Assembly (NCBI GenBank): GCA_036380155.1
Contig: DASVFG010000043.1
Span: forward strand, 1-46,907
Length of the DNA stretch: 46,907 nt
Source of the DNA: Candidatus Limnocylindria bacterium
GTDB taxonomy: Bacteria; Chloroflexota; Limnocylindria; QHBO01
Direction: 5' to 3'
The notes below the pieces were generated by a model. It did no database searches and was not told the origin of the DNA. It saw nothing but the letters and a program-made list of their open reading frames with translations. Positions 24,436 through 34,437 of this stretch are shown piece by piece. Both the position numbers and the translations under genes were made by a program. Within the stretch, counting starts at the first letter, position 1, and each line of letters begins with the position of its first letter.

Positions 24436-25391
24436 CGTCCGGCCCCCGCCGAGGTTGCGGCGAGGTGCTCCTCGTCCTCGCTGACGGCACGGCGGCCGAC
24501 GTGCTCGACGAAGACCTCCTCGAGGCTCGGGTCGCTGATCTCGAAGCGGGTCACCCGGTCGCCGCGCTCCAGCGCACGCCGGAGGATGAGCTCCGGGTCC
24601 TGGTCGGCCGGCACGCGGAGCTCCAGGAAGTCCTGCCGGTCGGCGGTGACCTCCACGCCGGGGAGCTCGGCCAGCCACGCCGCGCCGTTGTCGTCGCCGT
24701 CGGTCGCGAGGCGCACCACCTGGCGGTTCATGGCGCGCTTGACGTCGCGCACCGTGCCGCTCACGACGACGCGGCCCTGGTCGACGATGGCGATCGTCTC
24801 GCACAGCTCCTCGACGGTCTCCATCTGGTGCGTGCTGAAGATGAGCGTCTTGCCGCGCGCCTTCATCTCGAGGAACGCCTCCTTGAGGAGCCGGACGTTC
24901 ACCGGATCGAGGCCGGTGAACGGCTCGTCCATGATCAGCACGTCTGGGTCGTGGAGGATGGCGGCAAGGAACTGGATCTTCTGCTGGTTGCCCTTGGACA
25001 GCTCCTCCACCCGCCGGCCGAGGTAGTCGGGGATGCGGAAGCGATCGAGCCACTCGCCGATCTCTCGCCGCGCGTCGGCATCGGAGACGCCGTAGAGCGA
25101 GGCGAAGAATCGCAGCTGCTCACCGACCTCCATGCGCGGGTAGAGGCCGCGCTCCTCGGGAAGGTAGCCCCATGTGCGCCGCGGGAGGTCGGTGTTCGGC
25201 GTGCCCTGCCAGGTGACCGTGCCCGCATCGGGGCGAAGGATGTCGAGCACGATCCGCATGCTCGTCGTCTTCCCCGCACCGTTCGCGCCGAGGAGGCCGA
25301 AGATGCGGCCCGGCTCCACGCTGAAGCTGGCGTCGTCCAGGGCGACGACGTCACCGAAGCGCTTCGTGATGGAGTCGACGATGAGAGACAT
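24432..25391 (-). CDS. ABC transporter ATP-binding protein (NatA-like)
   Basis: Walker A GANGAGKTT, signature LSKGNQQK, Walker B VLIMDEPFTGLD, and a C-terminal DUF4162-like domain. Confidence 0.9.
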   Translation of the reverse strand: MSLIVDSITKRFGDVVALDDASFSVEPGRIFGLLGANGAGKTTSMRIVLDILRPDAGTVTWQGTPNTDLPRRTWGYLPEERGLYPRMEVGEQLRFFASLYGVSDADARREIGEWLDRFRIPDYLGRRVEELSKGNQQKIQFLAAILHDPDVLIMDEPFTGLDPVNVRLLKEAFLEMKARGKTLIFSTHQMETVEELCETIAIVDQGRVVVSGTVRDVKRAMNRQVVRLATDGDDNGAAWLAELPGVEVTADRQDFLELRVPADQDPELILRRALERGDRVTRFEISDPSLEEVFVEHVGRRAVSEDEEHLAATSAGAGR

Positions 25392-25507
25392 GTGGCTCGG
25401 GTGCGGGCAGCAGGTGGTCGGTCCGTGGTCAGCCTAGCCGAAGGGGGGCCCGACGATCGGTCCGCGAGCGCCGTGAGCTGGACTCCGACGCACGCATCGG
25501 TCCCTGC

Positions 25508-25513
25508 TACACT
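25508..25513 (+). promoter_or_regulatory. candidate -10 element TACACT upstream of pntAA
   Basis: GCTACACTCG (the identical 10-mer occurs at 13968-13977) in the 205-nt divergent intergenic region. CCGACG lies 17 nt upstream. Confidence 0.3.
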
Positions 25514-25596
25514 CGGTTTTCCGAACCGCCACCCACGCCCGCACGCGCGCCATGGCGGTTCGCCGCATGCACGCCACCCCTGCAGATGAGCCGCTC

Positions 25597-26826
25597 ATGA
25601 AGATCGCTGTCCCGCGCGAGACCGCCGCCGGCGAGACGCGCGTCGCCCTCACGCCCCAGATCGCCGGCCAGCTCGTCGCCGACGGCGCCGAGGTCCTCGT
25701 CCAGTCCGGCGCCGGTGATGCCTCCGGCAACCTCGACGAGGCGTACCGCGAAGCCGGCGCCACGGTCGTCCCGGACGCCGCCGCGCTCTACGGCCAGGCC
25801 GATGTCGTGCTCCGCGTCGGCCGTCCCTCGGACGAGGAGGTCGGGATGCTGCGCGACGGGACGATCCTCATCGGCACCCTCGGGACCCTCGCCCGTCCTG
25901 AGTACGCGCAGACGCTGGCGAGCCAGGGCGTTACCGCCATCAGCATGGATGCCATCCCGCGCATCACCCGCGCCCAGTCGATGGACACGCTGAGCTCACA
26001 GGCCACCGTCGGCGGGTACAAGGCCGTCCTCATCGCCGCGGAACGGCTCCCGAAGTTCTTCCCGCTCCTGACCACCGCGGCCGGCACCATCCGTCCGGCG
26101 CGCGGGATCATCATGGGCGCCGGGGTCGCGGGGCTCATGGCGATCGGCACCGCCCGCCGCCTCGGCGCCGTCGTCGAGGCCACTGACGTGCGGCCCGTCG
26201 TGAAGGAGCAGGTCGAGAGCCTGGGCGGCACCTTCATCGAGGTCGAGATGACCGACGAGGAGAAGGCGAAGGCCGAGACCGCCGGCGGCTACGCGACCGA
26301 GATGAGCGACGACTACAAGCGCCGCCAGGCGGAGCTCATCGCCGAGCGCGTGAAGGAAGCCGACTTCATCATCACCACCGCGCTCATCCCCGGCCGCCCG
26401 GCCCCGAAGCTCGTCAGCGAGGCGATGCTGAAGTCGATGAAGCCGGGCTCGGTCATCGTCGACATGGCGGCCGAGATGGGCGGCAACGTCGAGGGCACCG
26501 AGCCGGGCAAGGAGGTCGTGAAGCACGGCGTGACGCTCATCGGCATCACGAACCTGCCGGCCACGATGCCGGGATCCGCGACCCAGATGTACGCGAAGAA
26601 CATCCAGACCCTCCTCAAGCACCTCATGGCCGATGGGAAGGTCGAGCTGAACTTCGACGACGAGATCACGAAGGGCTCGACGATCACCCACGGCGGGAAG
26701 GTCGTCCACGAGGCGACCGCCAAGGCGCTCGGCATCGAGCCGCCGCCGGCCGCGGCGCCGCCAGCCGCGGCGCCGCCAGCCTCACCCGACCCAGCCACCC
26801 CCAGCACCGATGCGAAGGACGCCTGA
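25597..26826 (+). CDS. pntAA: NAD(P) transhydrogenase subunit alpha part 1
   Basis: MKIAVPRETAAGETRVALTP start typical of PntAA/alanine dehydrogenase-like dI. Rossmann motif IIMGAGVAGLMAIG. A Pro/Ala-rich C-terminal linker follows. The upstream in-frame ATG at 25552 is less likely. Confidence 0.9.
   Translation: MKIAVPRETAAGETRVALTPQIAGQLVADGAEVLVQSGAGDASGNLDEAYREAGATVVPDAAALYGQADVVLRVGRPSDEEVGMLRDGTILIGTLGTLARPEYAQTLASQGVTAISMDAIPRITRAQSMDTLSSQATVGGYKAVLIAAERLPKFFPLLTTAAGTIRPARGIIMGAGVAGLMAIGTARRLGAVVEATDVRPVVKEQVESLGGTFIEVEMTDEEKAKAETAGGYATEMSDDYKRRQAELIAERVKEADFIITTALIPGRPAPKLVSEAMLKSMKPGSVIVDMAAEMGGNVEGTEPGKEVVKHGVTLIGITNLPATMPGSATQMYAKNIQTLLKHLMADGKVELNFDDEITKGSTITHGGKVVHEATAKALGIEPPPAAAPPAAAPPASPDPATPSTDAKDA
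26743..26781 (+). repeat. 15-bp tandem repeat (2.6 copies) inside the pntAA 3' linker
   Basis: CCGCCGGCCGCGGCG / CCGCCAGCCGCGGCG / CCGCCAGCC, encoding PPAAA PPAAA PPA. Confidence 0.85.
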
Positions 26827-26829
26827 CCG

Positions 26830-27135
26830 ATGGAGCTCTCCGCCTTCGAGCTGCTGTCGGCCCTCTTCATCCTCGTGCTCGCCGCGTTCGTCGGCTACGA
26901 GGTCGTGTCGAAGGTCCCGACCATGCTCCACACCCCGCTCATGAGCGGCGCGAACGCGGTCCACGGCGTGATCGTCGTCGGCGCCATGCTCGTCGCCGCC
27001 GCCGCCGACTCACCGGTCGCCATCGTCATCTCGCTCGTGGCCGTCATGCTCGGCACGATCAATGTCGTCGGCGGCTTCACCGTCACCGACCGCATGCTCG
27101 AGATGTTCAAGGGCCGGGGCGGGGATCGCCGGTAG
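26830..27135 (+). CDS. pntAB: NAD(P) transhydrogenase subunit alpha part 2 (membrane)
   Basis: 101 aa, 3 TM, with TPLMSGANAVHG and a GFTVTDRML tail. It lies immediately between pntAA and pntB. Confidence 0.88.
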   Translation: MELSAFELLSALFILVLAAFVGYEVVSKVPTMLHTPLMSGANAVHGVIVVGAMLVAAAADSPVAIVISLVAVMLGTINVVGGFTVTDRMLEMFKGRGGDRR

Positions 27136-28548
<1,413 letters not shown>

Positions 28549-28552
28549 TCGG

Positions 28553-28939
28553 CTACGGCCGTCGTCGGGTCGACCACCACGCGGCCCAGATGAGCGGCAG
28601 CTGGAGGGGAAGCCGTGCCCAGCGCACCCACCCCTGCGGGACGCCGTCAATCGGCACGTTGCTGACGGCGGCGTACACGTTCGCCGGGAACACCGCCGCG
28701 AGGTAGGCGACCAGCGCGATCCCGATTGCGGGGCGCCAGCGCCGAGGCCCGAGCAGGCCGGCCGCGAGCACGAGCTCGACCACGCCGGTCCCGGCCACGA
28801 GCAGCTCACGCCCCGGGATGGCGGGCGGCAGATGCTCGACGAACGGCCGCGGCGAGACGAGGTGCGCGACGCCGGCCACGCCCATGACGGCAGCGAGCAG
28901 CAGCCGGATCGGGGTTCGGGCGTGGTCCATCAGGCGCAT
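28553..28939 (-). CDS. DoxX-like small membrane protein
   Basis: This is the C-terminal 128 codons of ORF 28553..29323, starting at ATG 28939 (MRLMDH..) or 28930. It has 4 hydrophobic segments. The upstream part of the ORF has junk composition. Confidence 0.6.
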   Translation of the reverse strand: MRLMDHARTPIRLLLAAVMGVAGVAHLVSPRPFVEHLPPAIPGRELLVAGTGVVELVLAAGLLGPRRWRPAIGIALVAYLAAVFPANVYAAVSNVPIDGVPQGWVRWARLPLQLPLIWAAWWSTRRRP

Positions 28940-29219
28940 CGTAGCCGTGACGATGTCGCGGGCTTGGCGAGTTGTCAGCCAGCGGAACCAACGGCCAACG
29001 TCAGCTCCGATACGGCTCCTGGCTCCCCGGAAGTTGCCCCGGCGCGGGAAACTTGGCCTGCCTCGCTGCCCGCATCGCCCCTCCTTGGCCGTTAGTTCCG
29101 GGTCAGAGCAACCGACGAACGCGCGGCGGCAAATCGTGCCGGCCAGTCGGGCCTCGGGATCGGTGTGGTCGGACGGGCGTATCATCCCGATCCCCCGAGC
29201 CGTACCAGAGGTTGCCCAT

Positions 29220-29834
29220 ATGGCCGAGCTCAGCTCCTCCCTCCAGTCGCTCCTCGAGGGCCAGGTGGATCGCATCGGCGCCCAGATCGGGGCGGACCCG
29301 AACCAGACGCGCAGCGCGATCAACGCGGCGCTCCCGACGCTCCTCGCCGCGCTCGACGACGACCGGCAGCGCGACGGCAGCGGCCTGCGCCAGGCGCTCG
29401 AGACCGATCACGACGGCTCGATCCTCGACGACCTCGCCGGCTACCTCGACGGCACGGCCGGCCTGAGCCCGCGCACGACGAACGGCGCCGGCATCCTGCG
29501 GCACTCGCTCGGTGACCGGCAGCAGGACATCGCGCAGGCGCTGGGCGCGAAGTCCGGCCTCAACGCCGGCAGCATCGGCAGCCTGCTCGCGCTCCTGGCT
29601 CCCATCATCATGGGCATGCTCGGCCGAAAGGGACGCTCCGGCGGGTCCGGCGGCGGGTTCAGCTTCGACGACATCGGCGACCTGCTGAACCGCGAGAAGA
29701 GCGACGCTCGATCCTCGAACCCCGACATCGGCGACATCCTCGACAAGTTCTCGAAGGGCGGGAAGCGCGGAAGCGCGGAGGGCGGGATCGGCGACGCGCT
29801 CGACTCGTTCCTGGGTGGCGACAAGAACCGCTGA
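29220..29834 (+). CDS. DUF937-like protein
   Basis: Starts at ATG 29220 with AGAGG 8 nt upstream. The sequence runs MAELSSSLQSLLEGQ..INAALPTLLAAL.. to a central hydrophobic helix (LLALLAPIIMGML), a Gly-rich linker, and three IGDxLD repeats. The upstream part of ORF 28818.. is rejected. Confidence 0.7.
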   Translation: MAELSSSLQSLLEGQVDRIGAQIGADPNQTRSAINAALPTLLAALDDDRQRDGSGLRQALETDHDGSILDDLAGYLDGTAGLSPRTTNGAGILRHSLGDRQQDIAQALGAKSGLNAGSIGSLLALLAPIIMGMLGRKGRSGGSGGGFSFDDIGDLLNREKSDARSSNPDIGDILDKFSKGGKRGSAEGGIGDALDSFLGGDKNR

Positions 29835-30017
29835 CGTTGTCCCGCGTCACCGCATTGACGTTCCGATGACCTGTCCCTGACCACCACACGACGGCGCCGG
29901 TGTAGGCTGTCGTCCTGAGCCAGATGCCGGTCCGCGGAATCGCGGACGCCGGCAGTTTCCCCGGCCACCGTGTCGCGCACGACGCTGACGACGGGGTCGG
30001 TGGCATCGGTCCCTCGC

Positions 30018-31769
30018 ATGGAGATCCAGACCGCGATGACCTCACCCGTCCGACGGCGCAGCGCGGCGATGCTCGCCGCCCTCATGCTCGCCATCGCCCT
30101 CGTCGTGCCCGCCGCAGCCACGCGGCCCGCGGCGCCCGGGCCGTACATCGACGTGCAGCTCCTTGGCTTCAACGATTACCACGGCCACCTCGAGGCCACG
30201 ACGCCCGGCGCGGTCGGCGCGACGCCCGCCGGCGGCGCCGAGTACCTCTCCTCACACCTGAGCGCGCTTCGGAGCGGGAACAAGTACAGCCTGACGGTCG
30301 CTGCGGGCGACCTCATCGGCGGCACGCCGTTCCTCTCGGGCCTCTTCCACGACGAGCCGTCGGTCGAGTCGCTCAATGCGATGGGCCTCGACGTGTCGTC
30401 GGTGGGCAACCACGAGTTCGACGAGGGTGTCACCGAGCTGCTGCGCATGCAGTACGGCGGCTGCCATCCCGACGACGGCTGCTACTTCCCCGATGACCCG
30501 TATGCCGGCGCGGACTTCCCGTGGCTGGCGGCGAACGTCGTGAACGACGAGACCGGCGAGACGCCGCTACCGCCGTACTGGGTGACGAAGGTCGAGAACA
30601 TCAAGATCGGCTTCATCGGCATGACCCTCGAGGGCACGCCGGCACTGGTCGCCCAGTCGGGCATCGAGGGCTGGTCGTTCGAGGACGAGGCCGATACCGC
30701 CAACGCGCTCGTGCCGGTCCTCAAGGCGCAGGGCGTCGAAGCGATCGTCGTCCTCCTTCACGAGGGCGCGGAGCCGACCGACATCAGCGACATCAACGCC
30801 TGCACCGGCGTCTCCGGCCCGGTGCTGGAGATCCAGTCGCGGCTCGATCCCGAGATCGACGCCATGGTGACCGGCCATACCCACCTCCCGTATAACTGTG
30901 TCCTCACCGACCCGGCGGGCGACGCGCGCCGCGTGACGAGCGCCTACTCGTTCGGCCGCGTGATCACCGAGATCGGGCTCGTCATCGACAAGCGCACCGG
31001 CGAGGTCGTTCGCGACCGCGTCACCGCCACGAACCACGTGGTCGACCAGGCGATCGCTCCCGATCCCGCGCTCACCGCGGTGATCAACAAGTGGAAGCCG
31101 GCCGCCGACGTCATCGGCAACGTCGAGGTCGGCTTTGCGACCGCCGACATCAAGCGCGGCACGACGAGCACCGGCGGCGAGGATCGCGGGGTCGAGTCCA
31201 ACCTCGGCAACTTCATCGCCGACGTCCAGCTCTGGGCGACCAGCGACAACGGTGCCGACCTCGCCCTCATGAATCCGGGCGGCCTCCGCAACGACCTGCT
31301 GGCGGGGCCGATCACGTACGCCGAGGCGTTCAACGTCCAGCCGTTCAGCAACCTGCTGAGCACGATCCCGATGACCGGCGCGCAGATCGTCTCGGTCCTC
31401 GAGGAGCAGTGCCAGCCGATCGGCGTGAGCCGGCCGTTCCTCCACCTCGGCGTGTCCGAAGGCCTGACCTACGACCTGGCGAAGACCATCGTGGTCACGC
31501 AGACCTCGCCGACGACAACGCGTCGGGATTGCACGAGCGTGACCGTGTCGAACGTGGAGCTCAATGGCGTTCCGCTCGATCCGGCAGCGACGTACAACGT
31601 CACGGCGAACAACTTCCTCATCGACGGCGGGGACAACTTCCTCACCTTCGACGAGATCGACCCGTCACTGCGGGTCGGCGCCGGGATCGACCTCGACTCG
31701 CTCATCGCGTACCTGAAGGAGTTCAGCCCGGTGAGCCCGCCCGGCACCGACCGGGTGACCGAGCTGTAG
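30018..31769 (+). CDS. secreted bifunctional metallophosphatase / 5'-nucleotidase (UshA family)
   Basis: Arg-rich signal peptide (SPVRRRSAAMLAALMLAIALVVPAAA), metallophosphatase motifs (FNDYHGH, GDLIGG, GNHEFD, LLHEG, GHTH), and the C-terminal 5'-nucleotidase domain. ATG 30036 or 29970 are possible starts. Confidence 0.88.
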   Translation: MEIQTAMTSPVRRRSAAMLAALMLAIALVVPAAATRPAAPGPYIDVQLLGFNDYHGHLEATTPGAVGATPAGGAEYLSSHLSALRSGNKYSLTVAAGDLIGGTPFLSGLFHDEPSVESLNAMGLDVSSVGNHEFDEGVTELLRMQYGGCHPDDGCYFPDDPYAGADFPWLAANVVNDETGETPLPPYWVTKVENIKIGFIGMTLEGTPALVAQSGIEGWSFEDEADTANALVPVLKAQGVEAIVVLLHEGAEPTDISDINACTGVSGPVLEIQSRLDPEIDAMVTGHTHLPYNCVLTDPAGDARRVTSAYSFGRVITEIGLVIDKRTGEVVRDRVTATNHVVDQAIAPDPALTAVINKWKPAADVIGNVEVGFATADIKRGTTSTGGEDRGVESNLGNFIADVQLWATSDNGADLALMNPGGLRNDLLAGPITYAEAFNVQPFSNLLSTIPMTGAQIVSVLEEQCQPIGVSRPFLHLGVSEGLTYDLAKTIVVTQTSPTTTRRDCTSVTVSNVELNGVPLDPAATYNVTANNFLIDGGDNFLTFDEIDPSLRVGAGIDLDSLIAYLKEFSPVSPPGTDRVTEL

Positions 31770-31789
31770 CTCGCGCTGGACCTCACGGC

Positions 31790-31820
31790 GAAGCCGGCGG
31801 CGCACTGTGCCGCCGGCTTC
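31790..31820 (+). terminator. intrinsic terminator after the 5'-nucleotidase gene
   Basis: Perfect 12-bp stem GAAGCCGGCGGC / GCCGCCGGCTTC with a 7-nt loop, followed by GTGGTTTCGG. Confidence 0.7.
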
Positions 31821-31893
31821 GTGGTTTCGGGCGCCGAATGGTTGCGCATTGCGGCGGGACACACCCGGGGCGCGAGACCCGGCGAGGGCGGGA

Positions 31894-31899
31894 TAGGAT
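31894..31899 (+). promoter_or_regulatory. candidate -10 element TAGGAT, leaderless start of the HAD gene
   Basis: TAGGAT lies 6 nt upstream of ATG 31906, with no SD sequence. Confidence 0.35.
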
Positions 31900-31905
31900 C
31901 GACGC

Positions 31906-32565
31906 ATGACCGATCGCTGGGTGTGCCTGGACGTGGGCGAGACGCTCATCGACGAGACGCGCGTCTGGTCGACCTGGGCCGATGAGCTGCGGATCCCGCG
32001 TCTCACGTTCCTCGCCGCCCTCGGGGCGGTCATCGCCCGCGGCGGAGAGCACCGCGACGCGTTCACGATGTTCGACGTCGACGACTGGCAGCTGCGACTG
32101 CCGGCCGTGGAGGCGGCGTACGGCGGCTTCATGCAGGCGGACCTCTACCCCGATGCCGTGCGGTCGATCGACGCGCTCCGGGAGCGCGGCGTCCGGGTGG
32201 CGATCGTGGCGAACCAGCCGGCCACTCGCGCCGACCAGCTGCGCGCGATCGGCATCGATGCCGAGGTGCTGGCGATGAGCGAGGCGATCGGCGTCGCCAA
32301 GCCCGATCCGGCGTTCTTCGCCCGCTCCCTGGAGCTCATGGGGTCGCCGGAGGCTCCCGATGTCGCCTACGTCGGCGACCGGGTGGACAACGACGTCCTG
32401 CCGGCCGCCGCCGCCGGGATGCGCGACGTCTGGCTGCGTCGCGGTCCGTGGGGTGTCATCCAGCATCTGCCCGAGGGCCATCGGCCGGCGCTCGTGGTCG
32501 ATTCGCTCGACGAGCTCGTGGAGCGGCTCGACGAGCTGTGGCAGCCCGGAGATTCGCCCGGCTGA
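31906..32565 (+). CDS. HAD-superfamily hydrolase
   Basis: Motif I CLDVGETL (the second Asp is replaced by Gly), motif III AKPDP, motif IV YVGDRVDNDV. 219 aa. Confidence 0.8.
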   Translation: MTDRWVCLDVGETLIDETRVWSTWADELRIPRLTFLAALGAVIARGGEHRDAFTMFDVDDWQLRLPAVEAAYGGFMQADLYPDAVRSIDALRERGVRVAIVANQPATRADQLRAIGIDAEVLAMSEAIGVAKPDPAFFARSLELMGSPEAPDVAYVGDRVDNDVLPAAAAGMRDVWLRRGPWGVIQHLPEGHRPALVVDSLDELVERLDELWQPGDSPG

Positions 32566-32572
32566 GCCGGGA

Positions 32573-34243
32573 TCAGGCGCGGCGGCGCTCGAGGATGGCG
32601 ACCACCTCTCGGTCGCTCACGCCGAACCGGCGAAGGGCGTGGCGAAGGAGCTCGTTGCCGACCTCGCGCTCGGCGACCACGACCCGGGCGACGCCCAGCC
32701 GCCGCAGCTCCGACGCCTCGTGCTCCGACGCCGCGCGCGCGACGATCTCGGCGCGCGGGTTCCGTTGCCGCGCATGCGCAACCGCCTGGCGGGTGGCCAG
32801 CGCGTCCGCCATCGCCACCACGAGGGTGTGGCAATGCTCGACGCCGGCCCGGTCGAGGACCACGGGCGACCCCGCCTCGCCGTAGATCACGTTCCCGCCG
32901 CCGCGGCGCCCGTCCCGCGCCACCTCGTAATCACTCTCGACCGCGACCCAGCCGAAGCCCCGCGACTCCAGGACGCGGGCGACGGTGCGTCCGACGCGGC
33001 CGTAGCCGAGGATCACGGCGTGGCGCCGCATCCCGTGCTGGTCGTCGGGGACGCCGTCCTCGTCGAGGTCGCGGCTCGCCGCCACCCGGCCATCGAGGAA
33101 CGCTCCGAGCCGTGTTGCGCCTGAGAGCAGCGGCTGCGCCGTGAGGATCGAGATCACGACGGCCCCCATCGCGAGGCTGAACGTCTCCGGCCGTACCGCG
33201 GCGAGGGCGAGTCCGGCCGACGCGAGGACGAAGCTGAACTCGCCGGACTGCCCGACCAGCGCCCCCGCACGGGCGGCCGACGACGGCAGCTGGCCGTCGA
33301 TGCGGGCGATGACCGCGATCGGCACGGCCTTGCCGAGCGTGATGATGAGGAGCAGCGCGAGCACCACCTGCCAGCCTTCGACGATGCTGGCCGGATCGAG
33401 CAGGATGCCGATCGAGACGAAGAAGAACGTGCTGAACAGCTCCCGCAGCGGAACGATCTCGCCGAGGACGCTGGCGGTGAGGTCCGAGTCGGCGAGCGCG
33501 AGTCCCGCCACGAACGCCCCGAGCGCCACTGACACGCCGAGCGAACTGGCCGCGAACGCGGTTCCGATCGCGACGACCGCCACGCCGATGACGAACAGCT
33601 CCCTCGACCGCAGGCGTGCGACGACGCCGAGGACAGTGGGGAGGATGCGCGATCCCGCCAGCAGCATGAAGGCCACGAACCCGAGCGCCGTCGCCGCCGT
33701 GCCGATGAGGGTCAGGGTCGTCGCCTCCTCGTCGCCGCCGACCGCGGTCAGCGCGACGACCAGGACGACGGTGACGACGTCCTGCACGATCGATACGCCC
33801 AGCGCGGTTCGGCCGGAGGCCGTCGTGTGCAGCGCACCCTCACCGGCGATCTTCACCAGCACGACCGTCGAGCACACGCTCACGGCGCCCGCGATGAACA
33901 GCGCCTCGGCCAGCTCCCAGCCCAGGAGGAGGCCGACCCCGGTGCCGAGCACCATGGTGATCGCCACCTGCACCGGCGTCCCGAGCAGGATGCGCGGACC
34001 GACCGACCGGATCTCGGCCAGGCTGAACTGGAGGCCGATGCTGAACATGAGGAGCGCCACGCCGATATCGGCGAGGGCGAGGATCTCCTCGCGGTCCGCG
34101 ATGGGCCCCGGCGTCCCGGGACCGACGAGGAGGCCCGCGGCGATGTAGCCGATCATCGGCGGCAGGCGGAGGCGCTGCGCCAGCGCTCCGAGCGCGAGGG
34201 CGGCCACGAGCGCCAGGAGCAGGGTGAGGCCGAGGCTCTCCAT
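32573..34243 (-). CDS. CPA2-family cation:proton antiporter with C-terminal RCK/TrkA-N domain (Kef/YbaL-like)
   Basis: About 12 TM Na_H exchanger domain followed by the Rossmann motif ILGYGRVGRTVA. 556 aa. Confidence 0.88.
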   Translation of the reverse strand: MESLGLTLLLALVAALALGALAQRLRLPPMIGYIAAGLLVGPGTPGPIADREEILALADIGVALLMFSIGLQFSLAEIRSVGPRILLGTPVQVAITMVLGTGVGLLLGWELAEALFIAGAVSVCSTVVLVKIAGEGALHTTASGRTALGVSIVQDVVTVVLVVALTAVGGDEEATTLTLIGTAATALGFVAFMLLAGSRILPTVLGVVARLRSRELFVIGVAVVAIGTAFAASSLGVSVALGAFVAGLALADSDLTASVLGEIVPLRELFSTFFFVSIGILLDPASIVEGWQVVLALLLIITLGKAVPIAVIARIDGQLPSSAARAGALVGQSGEFSFVLASAGLALAAVRPETFSLAMGAVVISILTAQPLLSGATRLGAFLDGRVAASRDLDEDGVPDDQHGMRRHAVILGYGRVGRTVARVLESRGFGWVAVESDYEVARDGRRGGGNVIYGEAGSPVVLDRAGVEHCHTLVVAMADALATRQAVAHARQRNPRAEIVARAASEHEASELRRLGVARVVVAEREVGNELLRHALRRFGVSDREVVAILERRRA

Positions 34244-34306
34244 CGGTCCCTTCGTGCGGTGAGGCCGATCATAGCCGCCGGTCGGGATCGGCTAGACTCG
34301 GCCGAC

Positions 34307-34334
34307 GTTCGCCCCGGCATCACGGGTGGCGAAC
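34307..34334 (+). other. hairpin 1 in the leader of the CPA2 antiporter gene
   Basis: GTTCGCC-CCG ... CGG-GT-GGCGAAC: a 7-bp outer and a 3-bp inner stem. Confidence 0.4.
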
Positions 34335-34373
34335 GGGGTCAGACGCCGGTCCCATACCCGCGGCGTCACAGGT

Positions 34374-34399
34374 GGAGACTGCGCGATCGCGTGGTCTCC
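34374..34399 (+). other. hairpin 2 in the leader of the CPA2 antiporter gene
   Basis: A GGAGAC / GTCTCC stem enclosing the perfect palindrome CGCGATCGCG. Confidence 0.4.
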
Positions 34400-34437
34400 T
34401 GCTCGTTTCCGTCGATCAGTCGCACGAACGGGAGCCG

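Noticed and set aside
28818-29219. Upstream 134 codons of ORF 28818..29834 as part of the DUF937-like gene
   Set aside because: This part overlaps the DoxX-like gene on the opposite strand, has Arg/Ser-rich junk composition, and has lower GC3. ATG 29220 has a proper AGAGG ribosome-binding site and starts the recognisable domain.
34244-34437. Assigning the antiporter leader to a specific riboswitch class (c-di-AMP ydaO type or Na+/Li+ classes)
   Set aside because: I saw only short, ambiguous resemblances to conserved cores and cannot reconstruct the full pseudo-symmetric ydaO architecture by eye. It is kept as an unclassified structured leader.
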